Under the pieces are notes generated by a model. It was given only the letters and a program-made list of their open reading frames with translations, was not told the origin of the DNA and ran no database searches. From Eledone cirrhosa (lineage: Eukaryota), in NCBI GenBank assembly GCA_964016885.1, contig OZ024741.1, forward strand, positions 238,328,001 to 238,392,000: 64,000 bases of DNA, in the 5' to 3' direction. The position numbers and the translations under genes were made by a program. Positions 24,226 through 36,089 of the stretch are shown here, piece by piece (positions within the stretch are counted from its first letter, which is position 1; each line of letters opens with the position of its first letter).

Positions 24226-26625
24226 CTGAGGAACTGGTGGAAGTCTTCTGGGTGTTGTTGAGAATTTCCATTCATTTTGTGTCTGTTCCATCTCTGAGTA
24301 ATAAGAACTTTTGGGATTTATTGACTGAAGATTTCTAGCAAATATATCGTCTGCATTTCTGGTTATTGCAACAGGATTGTTGGTGTGATACAGTATTTGT
24401 CTCATCTCAGTCGGAGATAGGAATTTTGGATTATCTGTTGTTGTGGGTGAGTTATTGGTGTGATTAATACATCTGAAAACACACAGTGTTATTGACACTA
24501 CAATAGCCACAGATATTATTACAGCTGCTGCTACAATGATAATTACCCAAGTCATATTGAGGTTGTTACCAGTCTGTAAGTGGACAGCAGTTAACATGGG
24601 AGATGTATCATTACTAACAAACAGTGTTAGTATGATAGCAGTTGTTGCTGATTGAACTGGAGTACCACCATCTTTTACTATAAACTGTAGGTCATATGTT
24701 CCTGCATCATTTTGGTAAACTGTCCGAGAGAAAGATAAGACACCAGTATGGGAGTTGACTGTAAACAGGTTTTTATCATTAGATCTCAGTATTCCATATG
24801 TGAGGAACGCATTGTTTCCAGTGTCTTTGTCAGAGGCTTTCAGAATTGTGATGTCTTTCTTACTGTGTGGATGGTAGTGGGCATCTAGATTGTAAGGGTC
24901 ATTAATAGGAAAGGTAAAATAGGGAGCATTATCATTTTTATCTAGAATCTCAATAAGAATTTTGGCAGTGTTATTCAGAGAAGGTGTTCCATTATCTTTG
25001 ACTAAAATCTGGAATTTATAGATGTCTTTCACTTCCCGATCTATTGATTGTGATGTAGAAATAAATCCATATTTTGTAAGTTGGAAAGGAATGTTATCAT
25101 TGTTGTTATCATTGATGATAGAATATGTAAGTTGACCTCCATCTCCAAGATCAGGGTCTGTAGCATTGATGAAGCCAATAGGGAAGTCAACTTTCTGGTT
25201 TTCATAGGTGAGAAATTGGAATGTATCTTTGGTAAAATGTGGCTGTACATCATTGACATCAGTTACTTTGACAGAGAATTGTTTCTTAGTTTTTAACTGA
25301 GGTGATCCCATGTCATGACATACAATAGATACAACATAGTGATCTATAGTTTCTCTATCAAGAGGTTCTTTCACCAATATTTTATATTCTTTAGAACCCA
25401 TATTAGAAAGTTGAAACATTTTATGATGAATATTACATTTAATTTGTCCATTAGGTCCACTATCTGTGTCAATGACCATAACATAAGCTATAAAACTTCC
25501 AATTTTACTTGCTTCTGAAATAACAGTAGAGGTCTCTGTTAAAGGAGATACAAAATCTACATTTATAATTGGAGCATTATTTTGGTTGTTAATTACATTA
25601 ATAATTAACATTGCCGTAGAACTTAAAGAAGGTTTTCCTCTATCCTTAGCTTGAATATATAATTTATAGTTTGGTTCCTTATTTTTGTAAAAATGTTCAT
25701 TTAAGAAGATTTCACCATTTGGTTTCAGTTTGAAATAAATTTTGACATATGAGCTTGTCTTTTGGTAAAATTTATATATGATGTCACCATTCTTTCCTGA
25801 ATCTAAATCTGTAGCTGATAAAACAAACACAGGAGAAGATTTGTGATGTGTATCACTGATGGTGATATTGTATGTTTGTTGAGAAAATGTAGGTCTGTTA
25901 TCATTAACATCTATAACAGATATTTGTATGTTTAAAATTGCTTCTTTTGGAGGTGAACCTCCATCTTTAGCCACTAACTGTAACATATAAGTGTCTTTTA
26001 GTTCTCTGTCTAACATTCCTTGTAGAGTAATTTTAAGTATATTCATTCCATCAGATTCTTTAAATATGGATAGTGAGAATTTTTTACTTTTATCTTTAAG
26101 TTTATATGTGATGTTTGAATTGAGAACACCAATGTCTTTATCAACAGCATTTGGTATTGATTTTGTTGATCCTTTTACATCTGTTTCATAAAATTCTAAT
26201 TTTATGTGATCTTCTGGAAATTCTGGCTGATGGTCATTAATATCTTCTATGAATATTTTAATTTTTAATATCTTTATAAATGTTTCTTCTCTCCTAACTG
26301 CCACTTTGACAATTTTAAAACATTCTTTTTTGAAAATACAAAGTGTTTCAGTATCCAGTGTCTGTGTAGTGTATATTTTTCCTGTATTGGTAACATTAAA
26401 TAAGTGAGAACCACTTGTCACTGTCCTTTGTAGTTGTGTAAATGTAATGAGAGTGTGTTGTTGATGTGCGAGAGAGTGTGTTAAGTTAACATCAACAGCA
26501 ATGTCTCCTATATATGTGTGAGGACTGTCTTCTTCATTGACATGGTAAGTGATGTCTGCACTTATGACACTGGATAGTAAAGCATACAACAGTAGACAGG
26601 CAAGTAAGCTACGTGTTTTCACCAT
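24226..26625 (-). CDS. PCDH: Protocadherin A, large coding exon (800 codons: signal peptide, EC1-EC6, TM, juxtamembrane)
   Basis: ORF 24172..26625 has cadherin motifs (DINDHQPEF, LDRE, AxDxG, DVNDNRP, DVNDVQP, DKNDNAP), the EC1 C-x5-C motif (CIFKKEC) and a TM helix WVIIIVAAAVIISVAIVVSITLCVF. Donor CAG|GTAAAG at 24226/24225 (phase 0). Acceptor TTTTAG| puts the exon start at 26663, 38 nt upstream of the ATG. Confidence 0.95.
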
Positions 26626-28029
26626 TGTTATGATTCTTCAAAAGTCCTGCACGCTGTCAGTATCTAAAAGAAGAATGGAAACTTTTAAAAATAGTGTTGT
26701 TATGTATAAATTACATTTGAATTATCTTTACTTAATACTGTTATACCTATTGACAATAGTTTTAGGATAAAATCAACATTTCATATGTATATAAAATCCA
26801 GTTGTCATTCTTCAAAAACAGAAGCAACTATTTTAAACATTTGTGTTATGAAGATATTAAATTAAAAAGAAACCAAGTAACATCTATTTGAATGTAGTAC
26901 TATTGATATTTTATATCCACTGTGTAATTCAGAGATAAAGTATTGTCAACATCATTGCAACCTGTTGCTTATATTGTTGTTGTTTTCTGAGATTTCACCA
27001 TCAATAACAACTACATCTTATACATTAAATGGAGGTAACATGTAATACATAATGAATTACATCTTTGGAAAATCATATAGATTGTAAAGTATGAACTGTC
27101 CTTTTAAATGGTATGAATGAATTGGCTATCACCACTCCCATAATTATATAATAATGGAGAGATTTTGTAATCTAATTGATATGAAGTTAAATGAAAACCT
27201 ACAAGCAAGACACTGACTGTAGATAATTTAGGATTCAAAATTAATTCAACATTTCATAAGAGTTATAAAGTGTTGTATGTAAATGAGAGAAGAAAATGTA
27301 TTCTTGATGAGACCATATAGTATGGATTATATAACAAGGGTACCAGTTTTACTTGGTTCTCATATATTCATTAAAAATCATTAAAAATAGATTTCTTTAA
27401 AATGTTCTGAATGGAAGTCATTTTTCCAAGCGTTATATTATAACAAAGAGATTCCAAAGTCTAATCGATATGAAGTCAAAGCATATTTCACATGTGGCAT
27501 GAACTGCACATATGCTAGGATTCAAAACCAAATTCGATGTATACTTTAAAAACATTTTATGTACATGTGTGTGAAGGTCTGCTTGAGTATATATATTATA
27601 TCGAGCTAGATAACTCAGTATCAAGTATTTTCATTTAAATATTTATTTGAATGTATTCATGCATTATGTATTATTTATTTATTTAACAAATAATTTAGAT
27701 TCAAAACTATCAAATTCCTTTGGGAATTCTGAAAGGTTTTATAATAAATTGTATTTTATTTTGAGAATAGATGCACCATATTCCTATTGGTCAGAAAAGG
27801 TGATTAAATGTGTTGGCATTAGGAAGGACATCCAGCCATAAAACAAAGCCTAAAAAAAACCCTTCCAACTAATGCTAGTATGGAAATGTAAATATAAAAG
27901 TGATGATGAATGATGATAGCTTCTAACATTTATTTTTAACTAATTAAAAAATGTTAGTTACAAATATAATTCATAACATTTCATAATGAACTATTCTATC
28001 AGATAATTGAGTATAACAAACTAGGTTGA

Positions 28030-28480
28030 TTATTAATAATAATGAAATTGTTGTTTACAGTGCTCAGGTGCACTACAACTCATCAAAGATGCATGTATAG
28101 TATAGAGAATAATATACAAATGTCAGGGAAGTGAATAGTGTATGAGTCATGATATACATGTGTACGTGTGTATGGAGGGGGAATATTAGGTGTAGTATTG
28201 CTGAATCTCAGGAAGCATGGAGGTTTTAATGGATGCAGTGTCTCGACAGCTAATAACTGATGCAGGTAGTTTGTTCCATGCTTCAGCAACTCTGAGCGTG
28301 AAAAAATGTTTCTGAAAGTCATGGGAGCTGTGCTGTTTTCTGACTTTGTTGGCATGCCAACATATGTTAAGACACATGGAAATCAAAAAGGTACTCAGGG
28401 TTGTTGTTGGCAAGATGGTTAATAATTTTGTGGGTGTTTACCAAGTCAGTTGCTAGAGCTTCATTGTATCCATGCCCAAT
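28030..28480 (-). mobile_element. CR1 3' fragment, same family as the 13.4 kb copy
   Basis: KHFFTLRVAEAWNKLP; near-identical 3'UTR. Confidence 0.85.
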
Positions 28481-29321
28481 CTTTGTTCTATCATCACCAT
28501 GGTCATCATCATCGTCTTCAACAGTATTCTTATCATCAATATCATTAAAGATATTATCACTTTAGTTCATATTTTAGAATGATCTATGTTCAAATTAGCA
28601 TCCATTTTCTACTCATTTAAAAGATCTTCATTTTGTTGACGACAAAAAAAAAAAAGAAATAGCTGTTGTTAAACCCATAGTCAGCCCTAGTAAGATAGAA
28701 CAATAAATAAAGGCATTCCAGCCATGGCCTTCCCATCGTATTTCAGGCATTGTGTACATAGGACTAGTTTATGAAATTATACCTTACTGTCTTTAAAAAA
28801 TGGACATGTTGGATAAAGATTTTGATATTATTTCTGGCAACTATGTGAAGGCTCCCTTCAATCCATAATTAAAAGTATATTTTGAAATCAAAAGAATTCT
28901 CTATAAATTTATTATTTCATGAATTGAATTTGGCTATAAATTACATTATAGCAATATATATATATATCATATTGATTTACTACTTTCTGATCAGTGTTTG
29001 TCTTCATAAGGGAAATTGATATGGAAATAATTCTTCCTTTTGGAAGTAGTTGCAATTCCATTATGGCTACTATTGTTGGAAATTGGAAATAATGGCTGTG
29101 TTCTAGCTCCAATACATATATATTTGGATGTATTTATGCATGTATGTGTGTGTGTGTGCGTGTGTGTATGCGTTTGTGTGTGTGTATGTGTGCATGCGTG
29201 TGTGTGTTAATGTGTTTGTGTGTTTGTGTTTATATACAAATAGCTATTTTAGCTGTTAATTTATTAGATTACTAGACACATTTTAATAAAAACTAGCAAT
29301 TGAGTGTAAAAAAAAACATAC

Positions 29322-29455
29322 CTGCATTTTAAAATCCTTCTCACATGTTAAACTGCGAGGGGGAGATAAATACTGATGTAGTGTTCTTCTTTGACTGCTG
29401 CTGTAGTAGTTCAGCAATAGCTGTGGGATGGGGAGGGAGTGGGAGGCAGAATCAC
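29322..29455 (-). promoter_or_regulatory. Non-coding first exon/promoter of protocadherin A
   Basis: Donor CAG|GTATGT; shared block GTAGTGTTC...ACTGCTGCTGTAGTAGT at 29378-29410; no clean TGAGTCA. Confidence 0.65.
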
Positions 29456-29944
29456 GACCATTCATGTGTAACTAATGGGGATGTGTGTGTGTTCATGTAT
29501 AGGTACAATATATTATATCTTGGTGTTACTAATGGTGTTGTGTGTATGTATAGGTACAATATATCATATCTTGATGATAAACTTTAATGCAAATGCTAAA
29601 GATGATATCAACTGTAATAGTTTGCATTCACCCACGATGTGTCTAAATCAAATGCATATGCATTTTCAATTCTATAGAATATTTTTTTTTATTTTTATGC
29701 TTTGATTTTTTAAAATTATTTGTTATTTTGAGTTTAGGCAATGTTTCTATTAAAAAAAAATGTTGCTTTGAATTTATGTCATCAATACCAAAACAAAATA
29801 TCCTAAAGCATATCAGGTTTTATGAATATCCTCTGAATATTATCTTAGGGTATTTCTCATATTATTGCTTGAATGCATGTTATCAAAGAAAAAATATGTA
29901 ATTATTTTTGAAATTATTTCTGTTAACAAAATATATTGATTATG

Positions 29945-30024
29945 TTATACAGGCTCTAGATAGGTTTCTTGTTCTTGTCCGCTCTTTGGTGTAGGGGGTA
30001 TGTTTGGTCGGTAGTTGCCATATT
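29945..30024 (-). CDS. PCDH: Protocadherin B, last coding exon (EYGNYRPNIPPTPKSGQEQETYLEPV*); spliced protein 872 aa
   Basis: TTCCAG|AA acceptor; TAA at 29945-29947. Confidence 0.88.
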
Positions 30025-30413
30025 CTGGAAAATATATAAAATCGTAAGATCACTCTACGAGATGAAGTTAGATTTCTTTCTGTGACAAATATTTGAAGGC
30101 AATTATTGTATACATTTGTGTATAAGTCCCCTTGGCTGATAAAGGGAAGTTCTATTTTAGATGCAATAATTACAATGTAACATGTTTTGAATCAAATTAT
30201 TTTAGGTCCAGTAGATATTTTCCATGCTTATTTTTTTCATGTCATATTTTTGTGTAAAAATATGACTTATACATGAATATATACAGTAGATACTTTTAAA
30301 AGTTCATTATTTTACAAATTAATAATAAAAAATGACTTTTACGATAAATGTGCTTCTTTAGAGAATATTTTGATTCTTTGCTGTTTGAATTTCCTCATTT
30401 ATTTCATTATTAC

Positions 30414-30570
30414 CTGATGCTCCCATTGTTTGATTTGTGATATCCCCCTCACTCCAACCACGGTTCCGTTCCTTGTTATAGGGTAGTGTGTCACTCAGAT
30501 TGTTTGATGCCACAATACTGTCACATCCTTTCTGTTCAGCAGAACTCACTGCCACATTCTTATTGTAATG
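30414..30570 (-). CDS. PCDH: Protocadherin B, cytoplasmic exon 2 (157 nt, HYNKNVAVSS...RNRGWSEGDITNQTMGAS)
   Basis: TTTCACAG|CAT acceptor and CAG|GTAATA donor; overlaps ORF 30358..30555. Confidence 0.88.
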
Positions 30571-31230
30571 CTGTGAAATATATATATGTTAGAAATACAA
30601 TTTGCTTCAAATATGTTTTATATTCAGTGTTTATTATATACTAGATTGTTAGCCATCATATGATGGATAATTTGAAAGTATTTGCTACTATGGGTAACAG
30701 TAAGTAAATAAATAAAGATGTACAAATATTTAAATTAAAAAATAAATATATGAAAAATAAATGCATTCCCTATGCCCACCTTTGGCCAAAACGGTACATA
30801 ATTTTGCTCAAACGCTACAAATATAGCATTAAGGAAGTGTCTATTTGAGAAAAAGGAGATATATTTTAATATATGTGCATTCCATTTGTCAAAAATAAAA
30901 ATGGAAGAGTGAAAGTAAATATTAGCTTCATACAAATGCTCAACTAACCACAATTATTTGTAGGTATATGTACATGTGCATATGTGTTCATAACTGTGTG
31001 CATAAGTGTGTCACTCACTGTAGCATTCGTTTACCTTTCTATTTTTCTCCTACCCAACTCTATGTATACTCCTTCTTCAACTCATGTTATCTCTCTCTCT
31101 CTCTCTCTCATATATATACATATATATATCTCCAGGGAGTGTAACTTGGAGTTACTGTAGGTTCACCCGGGTGAGCACTCGATGTTTAGGTTCACTTCTG
31201 TGTCGAGGTGTAGAGCTCTAGACAGTGTAT

Positions 31231-31493
31231 TATAGTAAAATAAAACAAGAATGAGTGGTTACTCTTTCATTATGTTTATTGGTTGGTGACACGTGTTTCA
31301 CCACTGATCAGCTCAAGGTTCGATCTGTATTGATCTAGCCCGACTCTGTAACCCATGGCTCGTCTGATGAGCCATGGATTACAGAGTCAGGCTAGATTGA
31401 TATAGATCAAACCTTGAGCCGCTCAGTGTCGAAATGCGCATCACCAACCAATAAACGTAATGAAGGAGTAACCACTCGTTTTATTTTACTATA
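31231..31493. repeat. ~260-bp imperfect palindrome containing hammerhead-like cores
   Basis: Arms are reverse complements around 31365; CTGATGA at 31364; GAAAT-GCGC-ATC at 31431-31442; GAAAC-ACGT-GTC on the minus strand at 31288-31299. Confidence 0.8.
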
Positions 31494-31504
31494 TATATAT
31501 ATAT

Positions 31505-31685
31505 AATTTTCAACTTTTGGCACAAGGCCAGCAATTATCCCAGTGTATTACTGGTACTTTATTTTATCGACCCCGTAAGGATGAAAGGCAAAGTTAACCT
31601 CGGCGGGATTTGAACTCAGTCCGTAAAGGGACATAACTATGCGTCAAAGCATGGCACCCGACCCTCTACCGATACTGCCAATCCA
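31505..31685 (-). mobile_element. tRNA-derived SINE, second family
   Basis: Matches 12913-13099. Confidence 0.85.
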
Positions 31686-32329
31686 CAATGTTATCAAACA
31701 TGACATGAAACCAATGCACTGTCATATCAGGAATTATATGTTAAAGATTATTCATACTAAATATTTGATATATATGAAGTATGCAAGGTATATCAGCACA
31801 GGCATGGATATGGGGTTAAGACGTTTGCTTCACAACCACACGGTTTCAGGTTCAATCCTAATGCATAGCACCTCGGGCAAGTGTCTTTTATAACTTCAGA
31901 CTGACCAATGCTTTTTGAAGTAAATTGACTGGCAGGGACAGTGCAGAAGCCAGTTGTGTATGTTCATATATATATATATATATCATCATCGTTTTAACGA
32001 AGTGGAGCCACTGATCTCCCATTATCTGTGTCTCGCTTTATATATGGTCAATGCTTCATTAAGTGCATAGGAGAGGTTGACATGTCTTTGACACAACCAA
32101 GGGTTCACCTGACTCTTTTGTTTGGGAAAATTTCTAAGGATGGATGCCCTTCCTATCACCAACCACTTTACAGCATCAGCATGTACTGGGTGTGTTTATC
32201 ATGTAGATCACCAACACTAGGGAGGCTGTCATGTCCTTGACACATCTGAAGAGTCCTCCCAACCCTTTGTCTGGCAAACCTTCTATGGCTGGATACCCTT
32301 CCTATCACCAACCACTCAACAGTGATATA

Positions 32330-32960
32330 GGACGAGTTCATAGCTCCTGCTATCTAGGTGACTTAATCAGCAGTAGAGGAAGGTATCTGAGAGCATAATA
32401 GCTAGAATAACAATAGGATGGAAGAAGTTTAGAGAGCTACTTCCATTGTTGACTGTATGATGCCTGTGTGTGAAGTGAAAAGTTGTATGGTAGTGAAACA
32501 TGGGCAGTGACTGCAGAAGACATGGATACACTGGAGAGAAATGAAGCAGCCATGCTTTGTTGGATGTGCAATGGAAATGTGAGAAAAAGGCAGAGCTTGG
32601 ATGAATTGAGGGGAAAAGCTGGGTTTAAAAGGAATCTGAGGTGGTGTGCTGGAGAGAAGACTGCGTTGGTATAGACATGCGATGCACATGGATTATGATC
32701 GATGGGTGAAGAAGTACCAGGAAATGTCAGTGGATGGAAGCCACAGTAATGGTAGACCCAGACAGACCTTGGCAGAGGTGGTGAGAACTGACTTCAAATC
32801 GCTGAGACTCACAGAGGGGATGAAGAAGAAATGCAGCAAGTGGAGAGATGCCATGCTGAAAAGGACATGTCCAACCCATGCAAGCATGGAAAAGTGGATG
32901 TAAAATCAATGATGATATATGTATGTATATAAAAACGGATGTTAAACGGTGATGGTGATG
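32330..32960 (+). mobile_element. RTE LINE 3' fragment
   Basis: YGSETWAVTAED...MLCWMCN and RRLRWYRHAMHM; duplicated GATGAT tail. Confidence 0.88.
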
Positions 32961-32962
32961 AT

Positions 32963-33012
32963 AAATATAAGTATGTATACGTACATACATATATGTATAC
33001 AGACGTACAGTA

Positions 33013-33073
<61 letters not shown>

Positions 33074-33431
33074 CTTATATTTAAGTAACAGCCATACTAA
33101 GAGTGAGAAATGAAATTTCGTTTCATTTTTTCCGTTTATCGTTTTCGGTACCCCGGCTGATTAACTCACTCGATATGCAAATTAGGCTGCTCAGCCGTTA
33201 ATATGCATAAGGAAAGTATATACTTTCAGACGTTCAACCATCTGGCAGGAAGGTTGCTGACGATAGCTAATAAGCTTGAAACTAGTACAGCGTTCCTTTG
33301 TCAGTGTTGAACAAATGAGCAACGATGGTTGCTAGACACTGTACGGCTTAATTCGGGATGTTTGTTTACAAACACACCGAGCATTATAATAAATGTTCGG
33401 TGAATCCATACGTACATATATATATGTGTGC

Positions 33432-33490
<59 letters not shown>

Positions 33491-33593
33491 CTACTGTACG
33501 TCTGTATACATATATGTATGTACGTATACATACTTATATTTAAGTAACAGCCGTACTAAGAGTGAGAAATGAAATTTCGTTTCATTTTTTCCG
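32963..33593 (+). mobile_element. Non-autonomous Penelope-like/retrozyme-like element
   Basis: 65-bp direct repeats at 33070-33134 and 33529-33593; inverted 5' segment; flanking GATGATAAATATA duplication; internal hammerhead. Confidence 0.65.
33248..33296 (+). ncRNA. Minimal type I hammerhead ribozyme motif
   Basis: GGAAGGTTG-CTGACGA-TAGCT aata AGCTT-GAAA-CTAG-TA-CAGCGTTCC: stem I with one mismatch, stem II AGCT/AGCT, palindromic stem III, GUA cleavage triplet. Confidence 0.65.
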
Positions 33594-34489
33594 ATGATAA
33601 ATATATATATATCCTCCTAGACATTCACTCTGCCTGTTGCAGACTGCACATCAATATGAGATATTCTTCTCCACAAAGTTTGATTTCCAACAGCAGAGTT
33701 TAAAGAGCAAAGGTCAAGTCCAGTCCATAAGTTGACACCACCAAGCCAGCATTTTGGCTGTTGACTCTTGCTTCTCTTATTGGCTAACTTTCCTTCTAGG
33801 CATAACTTACTCACACCACGAGTTGATCTTTTGATATGACCATACAGTTTAAGTACTCTTGACTTGATAACATTACCAAGCTTAAATCAATCACATCAGT
33901 TGAGTAGCTCATTGATAGTAATATGGTCATTGAATCGTTTATTTGTCATAAGTCTCTTGATGTGGTTCTAGAATGTAGAGAGCTTTGGAAGTGAGCCTTG
34001 GGTCATTTCAAATTTATATATGTAATATATAATGTAATATGCACGAGAGCCATGAGAAAAACTAAACAAAAATCAAAAGTGAGTGACTGCAAAAAGAAGT
34101 TGCTGATTATTGCTTTTAATGATATCATTCTAACACATTTGCATATTTACATATCAAAGGAAAAAAAGATTTTTTTTCATGGCATTTTGAAAATAAGGTG
34201 ATAAATCTATATTTGTGGAATTTTTTTTAATGAAAAGACATTATATTGATAAGTAAGTGGAGATATTGTTATACTTTGGGCTGTAAATTTGGGTTTGTGA
34301 TTGTGATAAGACTTGCAAATACAGTTAAACTTTTTCATTAAGTGGTTAGATATATCTGAATTTAAAACATATTGACGGATTTCAATTAATTGGGTTTGTA
34401 ATCTTATATTCTGTGCAATGGAGTTACCTGTCATAAGATAATGGAAATGAAACAGTGAACAAAGAATTGACCCAATTACTGATGAAACC

Positions 34490-35400
34490 CATTCTCAAGA
34501 AAGGCAGCTTGAAACCTTGCCAGAATTACAGAACCATCAGTTGGATTACCACCCCAGTAAAGTACTGCTAAGAGTTCTACTAAATAGATTTAAAGGCAAG
34601 GTAGAAGAAATACTTGTAAAAACAGGTAGATTTCAGTGAAAAAGGAGCACAGGAGAGCAAATATTTAACATCAGACTACTAGCTAAGAAATATCTGCAAT
34701 ACCATTTGATCATGTTTTGCAGGGGAGTTTGTGGCAAGTGATGAGGTATTACAACTTAAACAACGACCTCATTCAAGTAATTCAAGCACTACAAAAACAT
34801 AAACTTCAAGACAATATTCGATGTTGGTCAAGGATGTCTCTTCTCTCTAGAGCTTTTCAAAATCTTCCTCAAGAGCATCATGAAAGAGATACTCTGGGAC
34901 TTTCACATCCCCATTTCCATTGGAGGATAGCCTCTTTCCAACCTGTGCTTTGCTGATGATATAGACCTCCTGAGAAGCAGTGAGCAGAATTCCAAGAACT
35001 CACCACCAGACTAGAAAGAGTGTCAGGAGTAACCAGAATACAACAATTAATGTCATTCAATTTCAAATACCTAGGATTAACTTTGATAAAAGACAGCAGC
35101 TCAATAATGGAGATAAAGTCAAGACTCAGCCTAGCCTCATCTACCATGATGAAACTGAATGTCATATGGAAAAGCTATTCCATTTCCCAGCGAGGCTCAA
35201 AGTGTACAAGTCTCTGGTGATTTCTATCCTTCCATATGAGTATGAGAGCTGGATTCATAGCTGACAGGTATTCAAGCATAAGTGCTTCTGAAGGCTGCTA
35301 TGCATTCCATACACAGAACACAAGATGAACAGCTTTGTCAGACAGCAAGTCTTGTGGTGGTAAAAGACAGCTTTCTTGGTATGATCATGTTGGTATGGAC
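34490..35400 (+). mobile_element. Heavily decayed RTE-like LINE RT region
   Basis: LCFADD, FKYLGLTL...EIKSRLSLAS, KVYKSLVISILPYEYESW fragments in shifting frames. Confidence 0.7.
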
Positions 35401-36089
35401 ATGTTAAATGTAAGTAGAGCAGGAGTTGTATAGAGAAGTTGAAACCCATAGTACAGGGAAACCAAGGAATTAAGTTGTGAAGAATGACCTCAAGAAATTG
35501 AATCTCACGAAGGAGATGAAAAAGGATTGTGAGAATATAGAATTGTGATTTGCTGTCAAGAAAAAAAACATACCCACTAATATAAGCTAAAAGTAAATGT
35601 GGTGAGTCATCAGATGTTGTCCTGTCCACTACTGGCTAACAGAGTCTGCAATAAATGGAACAACCTCTCTAATGTTGATGTTATGATGGAATGAACTGAG
35701 CCAATTTAGTGCAAAGAGGGTTCTTCAATCTTGCTGAGCACATAACTTCTTATTTGCTGGTGCCATGATAAAATGCACAAACTACATTCTATGCCACAAT
35801 AAAATGCATTCAGTACAATTTGTAAAGTGGTTGGCATTAGGAATGGTATCTAGCTGTAGAAGCCATGCCAAAATATGGAATATTTGAGCAGGGCATAGTT
35901 ATCTGAAACATCTTGTCCCAGATCATGTCAGTCCAACACATGCCAGCAAGGAAAACGGATGTAAAATGCTGATATAATTAAAAGCTAGCATTTATAGAAA
36001 ATTCAATTGACAATTTAAAACAAAATTAATACATGATTTATATTTTATAGAGATCATATTTTAAATGAAAAGTAAAAAAATATTTATAC

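Noticed and set aside
25041-26191. Recurrent 63-72 aa ORFs overlapping each large exon (MSMMYSHILPK..., MERNVIIVV..., MTYNRYNIV...)
   Set aside because: They are alternative-frame or antisense shadows of the protocadherin exon and recur only because the DNA is near-identical.
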